Assembly (NCBI GenBank): GCA_900540205.1
Contig: UQER01000009.1
Coordinates: forward strand, 132-64,131
Direction: 5' to 3'
From: an uncultured Porphyromonadaceae bacterium
GTDB taxonomy: Bacteria; Bacteroidota; Bacteroidia; Bacteroidales; Muribaculaceae
DNA length: 64,000 nt
This document shows, one piece after another, positions 1 through 8,827 of this stretch (within the stretch, counting starts at the first letter, position 1; each line of letters starts with the position of its first letter). The notes beneath the pieces are model-generated. The model was not told the origin of the DNA. It saw only the letters and a list, made by a program, of their open reading frames with translations, and ran no database searches. A program made the position numbers and the translations under genes.

Positions 1-2351
1 CAGTTGCCTGAAGGGGAGGAGAGATAGTTGACGTAGCCGCAGACCGATGCGAAGGGGAGGTTGTAGACCAGATCAAGCTCGGCCAGGAATTCAGGATCGG
101 AAAACCAGTGTCCGTGGGCGGCCTCGCCGGTCGCGGTGGCCTCGATGCGGCGGAAAGGCATGAACGCGTGGGCTGCCAGGCGCACCTGCGCCCGCTGCAG
201 GGGGCGCCATATCGGGGTGACGCCGATGGCGGCGAAGGAGTTGGCGTGAAACGCCTTGTTGAACACGTTGTCGAGCGATGAGAACGGGGAGAACGACGGG
301 GCGTTGACCACCGATGCCAGGTAGGTGTTGAGCAGCCTGCGGTTGCTTACTAATACGTTGCAGCTTGCGCCGAGCGAAAAAGTCTTGGTCAGCGGGAAGT
401 AGCTTGCTGCCGCAACTTCGGCCTGAAACCAGTGCTGGCTGTGCGTGTAGCGCGGCAGTTCCTCCATCTCTGATTCCCGGTGGCGGTAGTTGTAGCGGTG
501 GTGATAGCGTCCGAAGGTCTGCATGGCGCACACGTCTATGCGCGTGCCTTCTGCAGGATAGCTTTGGTTGTCAAGCGAATTGTACTCAAAATGTCCGATG
601 GCCTGCCCCAGATTCATTTTGGTTGCCTCCTCGGTGGGTATCTCTGCCATAAGCAGTTCGCCTGAATAGAATTTCTGCCGGTTCTGTCCCCCTCCGATGC
701 CTATGCTGGCTTTAGCTCTGCGGCCAACGGCCCAGGCATAACTCAGGCGCGCGAACATGTCGTAGTTCGATATGAAAGCCGGTGAGTTGTCCTCGAAGAA
801 CAGACGGTCTGACTCGTAGTATTTCTGCCGGGACACCACGGCTTTGAATTCGAGAGCCGAGGGGATGTTGTTGGTTAGGTTCATCTGAATGTCGGCCTGT
901 GCTGCCATGTAGCTCTGGCCTATCCACCCCATAAGGCGCGATGTCAACGACGAGAACGACATGCTGGAATAGCTTGCCGAAACAAATATCATGGAGTTCA
1001 CCGACGATGTGAGGTAGCCGCCTGCGCCGAGTGCGAAATTGTTCTTGACATCGGCGGTGAGGTCGAGGCTGAACAGCCCTGTCGAGGGGTTGTAGTGCGC
1101 CTGCGGAAAGAGGTTGCGGAGCTTGCCGGGAGTGAGGGCTCGGTAGTAGGCCAACCTGGCTTTCTCGATGCCGAAGGTGTCGGCATGCTGTTTGGAGCGC
1201 ATGAACAGCTGTGTGAGATATTCATTCTGTGCCGGTGTACCGCCGTGTACATGCACCGAGTCGAACCGCACGTAGGGCGATGCCGATTTGAACACGTGGC
1301 GTTTCAGACGGCGTGTCTCGGCCGGTATGCGGGCTGTGACACGCGTGCGCACCGAGTCCATCATCTCCATCGCCCGCTTGTAGCCAACGGCATAGATTTC
1401 GCGTGCCTTGGCAAAGTCGAGCAACGAGAACTGGCTCACATCCACATGGATGCGTATGCCCTCATGCGCGGGGAGGTCATAGTTGTTGTTCTGTATGATC
1501 ATGTTTTCGAGTTGCGCCACTATGCCGTTCGACACAGGAGCGTCCTCCGAGTGCACATCCACACCGATCATTATGGTGGGGGAGAAGTCCTGGCGCATCA
1601 CGTCCACCGGAAAGTTGTCGTATATGCCGCCGTCGTAAAGCTCCACTCCGTTTATCTTTATCGGTGCGAAAACGGCTGGGAAGGTCATGGACGCGCGGAT
1701 GGCATCGCTCAGCATACCGCTGCGGCACACCACCTTGTGCTTGTGTGTTACATCCGATGCCACGCAGCGGAAAGGCACAAACAGATTGTTGAAATTGCCG
1801 CCGCACTGGGCTGTATAGGCTGCGAAGAGGTCCATGAATGCGAAATTCATCGGGAGCGGAGAAATAAGGCTCGATGGCATGAGCCCCTGAGAGGCCGATG
1901 CCGTGGTGTCGCGCCGGCTCAGGTTCACATTCAGGTGGGCGAATGCCGGGGTGCGCGGCTGCTGCAGGAAATAGTAGGTGAGGTTGGGGTCGATCTGTCC
2001 CGTGGACCATGCCGCGAACCCATCGGACAGCAGTAACTCCATCATCTCCTCCGGAGTGTAGCCGCAGGCGTAGAGGCCGCCCACGATGGCGCCCATCGAT
2101 GTGCCGGCAACGAAGTCGATAGGGATGTTATTGTCCTCCAGCGCCTTGATTACGCCGATGTGGGCAATCCCCTTGGCGCCTCCTCCACTCAGCACCAGTC
2201 CCACCGACTGGCTCGATGAGAATGCGGCCGAATCGGTCGGCACGGCCTGGCTTTCCACGCCGGAATTGGGCGGAGCCACTTCTCCGCGCGATGCGTACGG
2301 CACGAGCACCAGCCCTGCGGCCGCTATGATTCCACGAATTAAATCCCTCAT
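1..2351 (-). CDS. Patatin-like phospholipase fused to a C-terminal Omp85/BamA-type beta-barrel (PlpD-like). The C-terminus runs off the window start.
   Basis: My own translation of the minus strand from the ATG at 2351-2349 gives MRDLIRGIIAAAGLVLVPYASRG (signal peptide). It continues to the LSGGGAKGIAH oxyanion motif and the GTSMG lipase serine motif. A long C-terminal region is predicted as a beta-barrel by translation only. It is absent from the ORF track because no stop falls inside the window. The track ORFs here (1095-2036 +, 2128-2646 - and others) are out-of-frame or antisense artefacts. Confidence 0.75.
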   Translation of the reverse strand, partial: MRDLIRGIIAAAGLVLVPYASRGEVAPPNSGVESQAVPTDSAAFSSSQSVGLVLSGGGAKGIAHIGVIKALEDNNIPIDFVAGTSMGAIVGGLYACGYTPEEMMELLLSDGFAAWSTGQIDPNLTYYFLQQPRTPAFAHLNVNLSRRDTTASASQGLMPSSLISPLPMNFAFMDLFAAYTAQCGGNFNNLFVPFRCVASDVTHKHKVVCRSGMLSDAIRASMTFPAVFAPIKINGVELYDGGIYDNFPVDVMRQDFSPTIMIGVDVHSEDAPVSNGIVAQLENMIIQNNNYDLPAHEGIRIHVDVSQFSLLDFAKAREIYAVGYKRAMEMMDSVRTRVTARIPAETRRLKRHVFKSASPYVRFDSVHVHGGTPAQNEYLTQLFMRSKQHADTFGIEKARLAYYRALTPGKLRNLFPQAHYNPSTGLFSLDLTADVKNNFALGAGGYLTSSVNSMIFVSASYSSMSFSSLTSRLMGWIGQSYMAAQADIQMNLTNNIPSALEFKAVVSRQKYYESDRLFFEDNSPAFISNYDMFARLSYAWAVGRRAKASIGIGGGQNRQKFYSGELLMAEIPTEEATKMNLGQAIGHFEYNSLDNQSYPAEGTRIDVCAMQTFGRYHHRYNYRHRESEMEELPRYTHSQHWFQAEVAAASYFPLTKTFSLGASCNVLVSNRRLLNTYLASVVNAPSFSPFSSLDNVFNKAFHANSFAAIGVTPIWRPLQRAQVRLAAHAFMPFRRIEATATGEAAHGHWFSDPEFLAELDLVYNLPFASVCGYVNYLSSPSGN

Positions 2352-2691
2352 TTATTGTAAGCGATAATATGATGCGGTTTACGGATTGCGGCCAATTCAA
2401 ATGGCCACTTTCAATATGAACAATCGAGCCGCTTCCACGGTTCGGCGCATCGGCAATCGCCTGCCATGCACCGTTCGACAAAATTACTAAATAATTATCT
2501 CTGAATTTTGATTTGCCCCAAATTCCTTCGCCGGGAGGAAGAAAATAATGCGATTTGGTTGTGGAATGTGTAAAATTGGTTAAATTTGCAGTATTGATAG
2601 TCTGAGGTACACAAGATTCAATCATATAGCCGCACTTAATCTTCAAAATATACCGCTACTAAATTTTAATCAAATATCTATACTTACAGTT

Positions 2692-3105
2692 ATGGAGCAA
2701 TTTCAAAATCAAGGCTGCGGAAACCAGGCCGGTTTCCCCAACGTGCCTCCTACACCCTACATGGGTTTTGTAGATGCCATTAAAGTTTGTTTCAACAAGT
2801 ATGCCACATTCACAGGCCGCGCAAGCCGTGCCGAATACTGGTGGTGGGTGCTGTTCACATTCGTCGTAGGCGCTTTGTGCAGCATGTTCGGCCATGTAGG
2901 CCAGTACGTCAGCGGAGTTGCCTCTCTGGCGTTCCTCGTTCCGTCGCTGGCAGTGGCATGGCGCCGTATGCACGACATAGGCAAGGGCGGCGGCTGGTAC
3001 TTCATTCTGTTCATCCCCATCGTGGGCTGGATTCTGTGGATCGTATGGTGCTGCAAGCCCTCCGAACCGTGCCCCAACCGTTTCGGTGATGTTCCTGCCT
3101 GCTGA
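2692..3105 (+). CDS. DUF805 family inner-membrane protein
   Basis: 137 aa. The motifs RASRAEYWWW, AWRRMHDIGKGGGWYFILFIPIVGWILWIVW and PNRFG are typical of DUF805/YhaH-like proteins. Confidence 0.7.
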   Translation: MEQFQNQGCGNQAGFPNVPPTPYMGFVDAIKVCFNKYATFTGRASRAEYWWWVLFTFVVGALCSMFGHVGQYVSGVASLAFLVPSLAVAWRRMHDIGKGGGWYFILFIPIVGWILWIVWCCKPSEPCPNRFGDVPAC

Positions 3106-3121
3106 TTTGTGCAAGCTGGAA

Positions 3122-3862
3122 TTATAGAACGAATGCCACTTCCTTGAACAGGAATGTGCGGGATTCCGCCCCCGGCGAAGTCAACAGCGAAAGTTGGCCG
3201 CCGGGGGCAACTTTTTCAATAATGGCTTCAAAACGGGTTCCGTCGGGGAGTGCGAATGTGTGCGGCTTGCCGTCGGCACGCCACAGGCGCCTGTGATATT
3301 CGGTATGCACTGCATCGGCATCTGCCACAGGGAATGCCCCGGCAATGCGGCTGCATATTCCGGAAAGCAGAGGCGGGAGTGAAAATTCCTTGTGGGCGAG
3401 CATGGCCAGCGATACGGGGTTGGGGGCGTCGGATTCAAATACGGTCTGGTTGACGTTCAGGCCGATGCCGGCGATGGTGTGCCCGATGCCGCTGCCGGTA
3501 AGAGTGTGCTCTATGAGGATGCCGGCAATCTTATGGTCGTCCACATAGATGTCGTTGGGCCATTTCACTTTTATGCGGTCGGATGCCACGGCTTCTGCTA
3601 GGGCATGCTCCACGGCTTCCACGACTGCGAGCGCCACGATTTCGGATATGAGGAACTGCCCGGCGGGGCTCACTCCCTCGGGGTGCAGAAAAAGCGAGAA
3701 TGTGAGATTCTTTCCGGGCGCCGCTTCCCAGCTGTTTCCGCGCTGGCCGCGTCCGGCAGTCTGGTTGTGCGTCACAACCACAGTGCCGTGGGAGAGTTCC
3801 GCGGCATGTTGCTTGGCCCATGTGTTGGTCGATGGGGTTCGGTCAAGTTCCTTTATGGTCAT
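3122..3862 (-). CDS. birA: Biotin--[acetyl-CoA-carboxylase] ligase
   Basis: 246 aa. It has LDRTPSTNTWAK, the GRGQRGNSW biotin-binding motif and KWPNDIYVDDHKIAGILIE. Confidence 0.8.
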   Translation of the reverse strand: MTIKELDRTPSTNTWAKQHAAELSHGTVVVTHNQTAGRGQRGNSWEAAPGKNLTFSLFLHPEGVSPAGQFLISEIVALAVVEAVEHALAEAVASDRIKVKWPNDIYVDDHKIAGILIEHTLTGSGIGHTIAGIGLNVNQTVFESDAPNPVSLAMLAHKEFSLPPLLSGICSRIAGAFPVADADAVHTEYHRRLWRADGKPHTFALPDGTRFEAIIEKVAPGGQLSLLTSPGAESRTFLFKEVAFVL

Positions 3863-3883
3863 TCCTGCTCGTGGGGTTTATGG

Positions 3884-4336
3884 TCACGCCTGTGCGTCGG
3901 AGGGCTTTTCGATTGTGAGGGTGCGCGACATGTCGGGGTTGATGGTAATATTCACCCGCACAGTGTCGTCGGGCAGAAGCGGCTCGATGCGTTCGGGCCA
4001 TTCCAGCAGGCACAGGGCGCCGGAGTCGAAATAATCCTCCACGCCGATTTCAAGCGCTTCCTCCACCGATTCGAGCCGGTAGAGGTCGAAGTGATAGATG
4101 AGTTCGGCGGTGGTGTCCGAGCGGTATTCGTTGATGATGGAGAACGAGGGGGAGTTGGCCAGGTCCTCCTCCACGCCGAGAGCACGGCTAAGCTCGCGGA
4201 TGAATGTTGTTTTTCCGGCTCCCATCTCGCCGTAGAAGGCATAGACGGTTTCATCGCCCATGAGGGCGGCGAATTCTTTGGCGGCTGCGGGGAGGGCGGC
4301 GGTGTCGGGTATGTTGATGGTTGTTTTCGCTGACAT
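3884..4336 (-). CDS. tsaE: tRNA threonylcarbamoyladenosine biosynthesis protein TsaE
   Basis: 150 aa with the P-loop [10 protein letters not shown] and YjeE-like length and architecture. Confidence 0.75.
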   Translation of the reverse strand: MSAKTTINIPDTAALPAAAKEFAALMGDETVYAFYGEMGAGKTTFIRELSRALGVEEDLANSPSFSIINEYRSDTTAELIYHFDLYRLESVEEALEIGVEDYFDSGALCLLEWPERIEPLLPDDTVRVNITINPDMSRTLTIEKPSDAQA

Positions 4337-4379
4337 AACTGAGTGGTTGTGGGTATATATGAGTTGAGGAAAAATCTGT

Positions 4380-5957
4380 TTATGATTTCGGTGTAAGAGT
4401 TACCAGCGGTATCAGCATCTCCTCCAGCGAGATGCCTCCGTGCTGGAATGTGCCGGTGTAATACTGCACGTAGTAATTGTAGTTGTTGGGGTAGGCGAAG
4501 AAGTCGTTGTTTCCGGCAAAGATATAGGCCGAACTGATGTTTGGCGCAGGCAGGCCGAACGCCTCCGGTTTCTTTATTTCGTAGACCTGGCGGTTGTTGT
4601 AGGCGAGGTTTTTCCCCACCTTGTAGCGCAGGTTGGTGTTGGTGTTCTTGTCGCCAACCACTTTCACCGGGTTGTCCACTCGGATTGTGCCGTGGTCGGT
4701 GGTGACAATCACCTTCGCGCCCGATTCGGCTATGCGGCGGAACAGCTCGAGCGCCGACGAATGGCGGAACCACGATTCGGCCAGCGAGCGGTATGCAGCG
4801 TCGGAGCCGGCCAGTTCACGGATCATGCGGCTTTCGGTGCGGGCATGCGAGAGCATGTCGATGAAATTAAGCACGATTATGTTCAGGTCGTTGTTGGCGA
4901 GGTTGGAGAATTCGCGCAGCAGTTTTTCGCCTCCTGCCGAGTCGTTGATTTTGTTGTAGGAGAAGCGGCAGTTGCGGCGGTAACGCTTGAACAGTGTTTC
5001 CACCAGTTCGCTCTCGTTGAGGTTCTTCCCCTCCTCCTCGTCCTCGTCGACCCACAGGTGCGGGAACATCCGGGCAATGTCAATAGGCATCAGTCCGGAA
5101 AATATGGCGTTACGGGCATACTGCGTGGCGGTGGGGAGGATGGACGTGTAAAGGCTTTCGTCGAAGGTGAAGAATTCTGCCAGCATCGGTTTCACCGACA
5201 GCCAGAGGTCGAGGCGGAAATTGTCGATGAGAACAAAAAACACCTTTTCGCCTGCATCGAGCAGCGGCATCACCTTTTTGGGAAATACCTCGGGACTCAT
5301 CAGCGGACGGTCGGCGGCGTCGGCCTTAGCGGCGCCTTTCAGCGACGGGATGGATTCCACCCAGTCCTCGTAGTTGCGCCGCACGAATTTGAAGAATGCG
5401 GCGTCGGCCTCGGCTTTCTGCATTTTCAGCATGTCGGCCATGTTCGAGTCGGCCGATGCCAGGCGCAGTTCCCATGCCACGAGCTTTTCGTATAGGGTAT
5501 AGTAACTGTCGATGTCGGCTGCGCTGTTTATGAGCATCCCCAGATGGCCGAACTCCTGCTGGTAGCTGGATGTGGCTGTCTGCGACACAAGTTTCTCGCT
5601 GTGCAGGTTCTTCTTGATCGACATGAGAATCTGGTTGGGGTTCACGGGCTTTATCAGGTAGTCGGCAATGTTGTTGCCCACGGCCTGGTCCATGATGTTT
5701 TCCTCCTCGCTCTTGGTAATCATGATTACAGGGGTCTGCGGCGACATCTCCTTGATGCGCTGGAGAGTTTCCAGTCCGGTGAGGCCCGGCATGTTTTCGT
5801 CCAGTATCACCAGGTCGAAGTGTCGCGATGCCACCAGTTCGAGGGCATCGTGGCCGTTGTTCACCGTCACGGGGTCATAGCCCTTGCTGCGGAGAAACAT
5901 TATGTGGGGTTTCAGCAGGTCGATTTCATCGTCGGCCCAGAGTATCGAGTTGTTCAA
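4380..5957 (-). CDS. porX: Response regulator receiver fused to a PglZ/alkaline-phosphatase-like domain (PorX-like T9SS regulator)
   Basis: 525 aa. The N-terminal CheY receiver has ADDEIDLL and [14 protein letters not shown]. The C-terminal PglZ-type domain has the TTDHG motif. Size and architecture match PorX. T9SS core genes occur elsewhere in the window. Confidence 0.7.
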   Translation of the reverse strand: MNNSILWADDEIDLLKPHIMFLRSKGYDPVTVNNGHDALELVASRHFDLVILDENMPGLTGLETLQRIKEMSPQTPVIMITKSEEENIMDQAVGNNIADYLIKPVNPNQILMSIKKNLHSEKLVSQTATSSYQQEFGHLGMLINSAADIDSYYTLYEKLVAWELRLASADSNMADMLKMQKAEADAAFFKFVRRNYEDWVESIPSLKGAAKADAADRPLMSPEVFPKKVMPLLDAGEKVFFVLIDNFRLDLWLSVKPMLAEFFTFDESLYTSILPTATQYARNAIFSGLMPIDIARMFPHLWVDEDEEEGKNLNESELVETLFKRYRRNCRFSYNKINDSAGGEKLLREFSNLANNDLNIIVLNFIDMLSHARTESRMIRELAGSDAAYRSLAESWFRHSSALELFRRIAESGAKVIVTTDHGTIRVDNPVKVVGDKNTNTNLRYKVGKNLAYNNRQVYEIKKPEAFGLPAPNISSAYIFAGNNDFFAYPNNYNYYVQYYTGTFQHGGISLEEMLIPLVTLTPKS

Positions 5958-5990
5958 TGTATGGCAATTTTTGTTGATTCAAGCAAAGAT

Positions 5991-6020
5991 AGTGATTTTC
6001 GCCGACTATGGGAAATAAAG
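5991..6020. promoter_or_regulatory. Tandem direct repeat gccgactatgg x2 (19-bp period) in the porX upstream region
   Basis: Two identical 11-mers at 5991-6001 and 6010-6020, about 35-60 bp upstream of the porX start codon (5957, minus strand). The spacing is typical of dimeric regulator sites. Confidence 0.3.
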
Positions 6021-6042
6021 CCGACTATGGAACATAAAAAAG

Positions 6043-6079
6043 CAGGACGGCGCGCCTGCAGTTGCGGCGCGCCGTCCTG
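6043..6079 (-). terminator. Rho-independent terminator downstream of the T9SS cargo gene
   Basis: Perfect 14-bp GC-rich stem caggacggcgcgcc/ggcgcgccgtcctg with a 9-nt loop. It is followed on the minus strand by a T-run (the plus strand reads ataaaaaagc). Confidence 0.6.
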
Positions 6080-6103
6080 TAAATCAGATTATGTCCGGGT
6101 GTA

Positions 6104-8491
6104 TCAGCGGGCGAATTTAAGCGTTGCTGTTCCCTGCGGAGTGATGGCTTTCGCCATGTAGAATCCGGCGGGGAGTGCTGTTATGTCGGCCTGAGAGGCG
6201 TTGGTGGAGAGCATCATGCGGCCGCTGAGGTCGTAGACTGCGATGGTTTCGGCTCCGCCTTCAACCACAATCATGCCGTCAACCACCTTGATGGCTTTGC
6301 TGCCGGATACATTTGCCAGGACATCCTCGATGCCGCTTGTGGCAGCCTCAACGTCGCCGTAGAAGCCGAGATTGTCGAGGATAAGGGCTTCGCCGCCTTT
6401 GGTGCGGATGTTGAACGCCACATAGATTTCCTTCCCTTCGTAGGGTGAGAGGTCGATGCCGCGTGTCTGCGGATAGACTGACTCGTTGCTGATTTCGGCA
6501 ACACCGGTATAATCATACCATTTGTCGTCTCCGGTGGATACCTTCACGTCATATTTTTCGCGGTATCTCTCGTTGATGGAGTTGGAATTCCACATGAAAT
6601 GGGCATTTTTGCCGGTGACTTTCACCTTGGGCATTACAATGAAGCGGTCTGCGCTGGTGTCGTCGGTGAACCATGTAGCGGCGGCAAGGGCATGGTTGCC
6701 AAGCAGATAGTGCTCGAGGTTGAAGATTCCGAAGCCGTCCTCGTTAAATTCGGCGCCGGCGTCGGGGTGCAATGTGGCGCTGTCCTCCACGCGATAGGTG
6801 AATTCGGCGGGGAGTTTGGCATCCTCCATGTCCCAGAGCATCACTGCATCGGTGAGGTAGTTCACGGTGCCTTCCACAACGTTGTTGCCCGTGTTGTTGT
6901 CCTCGTCGCACACAATCTCCACTTTGTAGGTGTGGGCGCCTGCTGTCATGCCGGCCAGGGCGTCGGTCATTGTGATCTTGCGGATTTCCTGTTTTGTAAT
7001 CGCGAGCGGTTCGGATTTCACTTTCGTTCCGTCGAGGTAGACGTTGACTGTGGCATCAGCATCGATGATGCCCACGTTGCGTACGGTGAATTCCACATCC
7101 TTCTTGTTGGCTTCGCGCAGATATGCGCCGGGTGCGGTCACGTCGGTTATCATCAGGTCAAGCGAGGTGTTGTCGATTTTTTCAATCGAGAGGTCGTCGA
7201 TTACGAGCCAGTTTTCGTTGGCATCGCTGAAGCAGTAGAAGCCGAAATAAATCTTGCCGGACTGCTTGAGTTCGAACACATTGATTGATTCAAGATAATG
7301 TTCGTTCGTAGCGGGGTTATATTCCACAAGCACGTTGGTCATTGCTTCGGGTGTGGGGGCGTTGCCGTAGCATACGCGCAGGCGTTCCGGATGGTTCTCA
7401 GTGGCAGAATACCAGAATTTGAGTACATACCAGCCGGTCTCCATCGTTATGGGCTCAAGGAAGAACCAGTCGTCGCCGGCATTATTCTTGTTGTAGTTAT
7501 AGCCCATGCATGCGTCGCCGGTACGGGAGAAATGCATGAAGAAATCGTTGATGGCTATGTGCCAGTAGCCGTCGTCGTTGTTGAGGTTCGCGTAGCTGAA
7601 GCCCGATGTGTCCTCGTCAGGTTCGAAGCCCATGAAATAGGGCACGGCTGCCGGAGCGACGTGGCGTACATTGGCTGTGGCGGCGTCGTTGGACGGAACG
7701 ATATCGTCGGGATGGATGGTCCATGCCTTTACGGTGTACTTTCCACGCGGTGTGGAGAGGTCGGCCTTTGCAGTGAAGGTGTATTCGGCTGTGGCGCCTT
7801 TGGCGAGCGGCTGGTTTACGGTTTCGATCACCGGTTCGCCGTCGTCAACCGAGAATGCCACCTGGTAGCTGTCAACGTCCACCAGGCCGTCGTTGGCGAT
7901 TTTTACTTTCACAGTTTCCTGCGAAAGGGCTTCGCCTGTGACGGGTGTCACGATCTCGGTCACACGAAGGTCCACGGGATTGTTGACCTGAGTCACCTTC
8001 ATGTTGCAGAGGTACAGGCGATAGCGGTCGGCGGGGGTAACGGCGTGGAAGCCGATGTGAAGATTGCCGGCAGGTGCATCGACAAGGAAGAATCCGCCCT
8101 GACGTTCTGCTGGAATGCTTTCGTGCGATTTGCCCATGGTGGTCATCGCGGCAACCGATTGTGCGGAACCGTACCACACTTCTATTGCCTCTTTGTAGGA
8201 ACTTCCGTACACTTCGTAGCTTACCATATAGCTTCCGGCTTCGGCAATGTTTATGGCCGGTGAGATGAGCCAGTCGTTGGCGGCATTTTTGCTGTTGTAC
8301 TGATAATAAACGTGGGAGGGATCTCCGTCGGGGTTGAACTGCCATTTGGAGCCATCTTCGTTGGCGTCTACTTCAAGCCAGCGGCCAAAGTCTTCGGCGG
8401 TTGCGAACGTTTCTGAGAACAAAGGTTCTGCCGCGGACAGAGATCCTGCCGAGAGGAGGGCTGCTGCCACAAGGGTAAAGATTTTTCTCAT
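6104..8491 (-). CDS. T9SS cargo protein with repeated choice-of-anchor-J/MAM-like domains and a C-terminal Por secretion sorting domain
   Basis: 795 aa with a signal peptide. The C-terminus IAVYDLSGRMMLSTNASQADITALPAGFYMAKAITPQGTATLKFAR is a canonical T9SS CTD. Confidence 0.8.
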   Translation of the reverse strand: MRKIFTLVAAALLSAGSLSAAEPLFSETFATAEDFGRWLEVDANEDGSKWQFNPDGDPSHVYYQYNSKNAANDWLISPAINIAEAGSYMVSYEVYGSSYKEAIEVWYGSAQSVAAMTTMGKSHESIPAERQGGFFLVDAPAGNLHIGFHAVTPADRYRLYLCNMKVTQVNNPVDLRVTEIVTPVTGEALSQETVKVKIANDGLVDVDSYQVAFSVDDGEPVIETVNQPLAKGATAEYTFTAKADLSTPRGKYTVKAWTIHPDDIVPSNDAATANVRHVAPAAVPYFMGFEPDEDTSGFSYANLNNDDGYWHIAINDFFMHFSRTGDACMGYNYNKNNAGDDWFFLEPITMETGWYVLKFWYSATENHPERLRVCYGNAPTPEAMTNVLVEYNPATNEHYLESINVFELKQSGKIYFGFYCFSDANENWLVIDDLSIEKIDNTSLDLMITDVTAPGAYLREANKKDVEFTVRNVGIIDADATVNVYLDGTKVKSEPLAITKQEIRKITMTDALAGMTAGAHTYKVEIVCDEDNNTGNNVVEGTVNYLTDAVMLWDMEDAKLPAEFTYRVEDSATLHPDAGAEFNEDGFGIFNLEHYLLGNHALAAATWFTDDTSADRFIVMPKVKVTGKNAHFMWNSNSINERYREKYDVKVSTGDDKWYDYTGVAEISNESVYPQTRGIDLSPYEGKEIYVAFNIRTKGGEALILDNLGFYGDVEAATSGIEDVLANVSGSKAIKVVDGMIVVEGGAETIAVYDLSGRMMLSTNASQADITALPAGFYMAKAITPQGTATLKFAR

Positions 8492-8827
8492 AAATGTAAT
8501 AATGGTTTGTTGAGATAAAAAATGATTCGTTTAATCGAATCTGTGGATTTTGAAATTAATTAAACCGGCGTGATTAATCTTGCGCATAAAAATACTTCTT
8601 GAAAAAATATCCTTGATGAATATTTTTTCATTTTGGGAGTTTTTTAGAAATCGGGGACAAAAAAACGACTAAACTGCCAACGTTGGAGGCGGATTTGAGG
8701 TATATTAATGCAAATATTCAAATATGTCCCGGCATATGCTTGCTGACCGCCGAAGGGGTCTTCCCTTCAGGCGGCATTATCGGTGACTGTGTCTGCATGC
8801 AGTGGCAGATGCCGACAGGCGATGGGG

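Noticed and set aside
1095-2036. A 313-aa plus-strand ORF and several others in 91-2646
   Set aside because: They lie antisense or out of frame to the well-supported patatin frame. They are rich in H, R and V and have no motif. They are typical high-GC shadow ORFs.
4440-5495. A 351-aa plus-strand ORF
   Set aside because: It is antisense to porX. It is a Val/Gly-rich shadow frame.
6599-8263. Plus-strand ORFs of 229 and 321 aa
   Set aside because: They are antisense to the T9SS cargo gene, which has a clear signal peptide and CTD.
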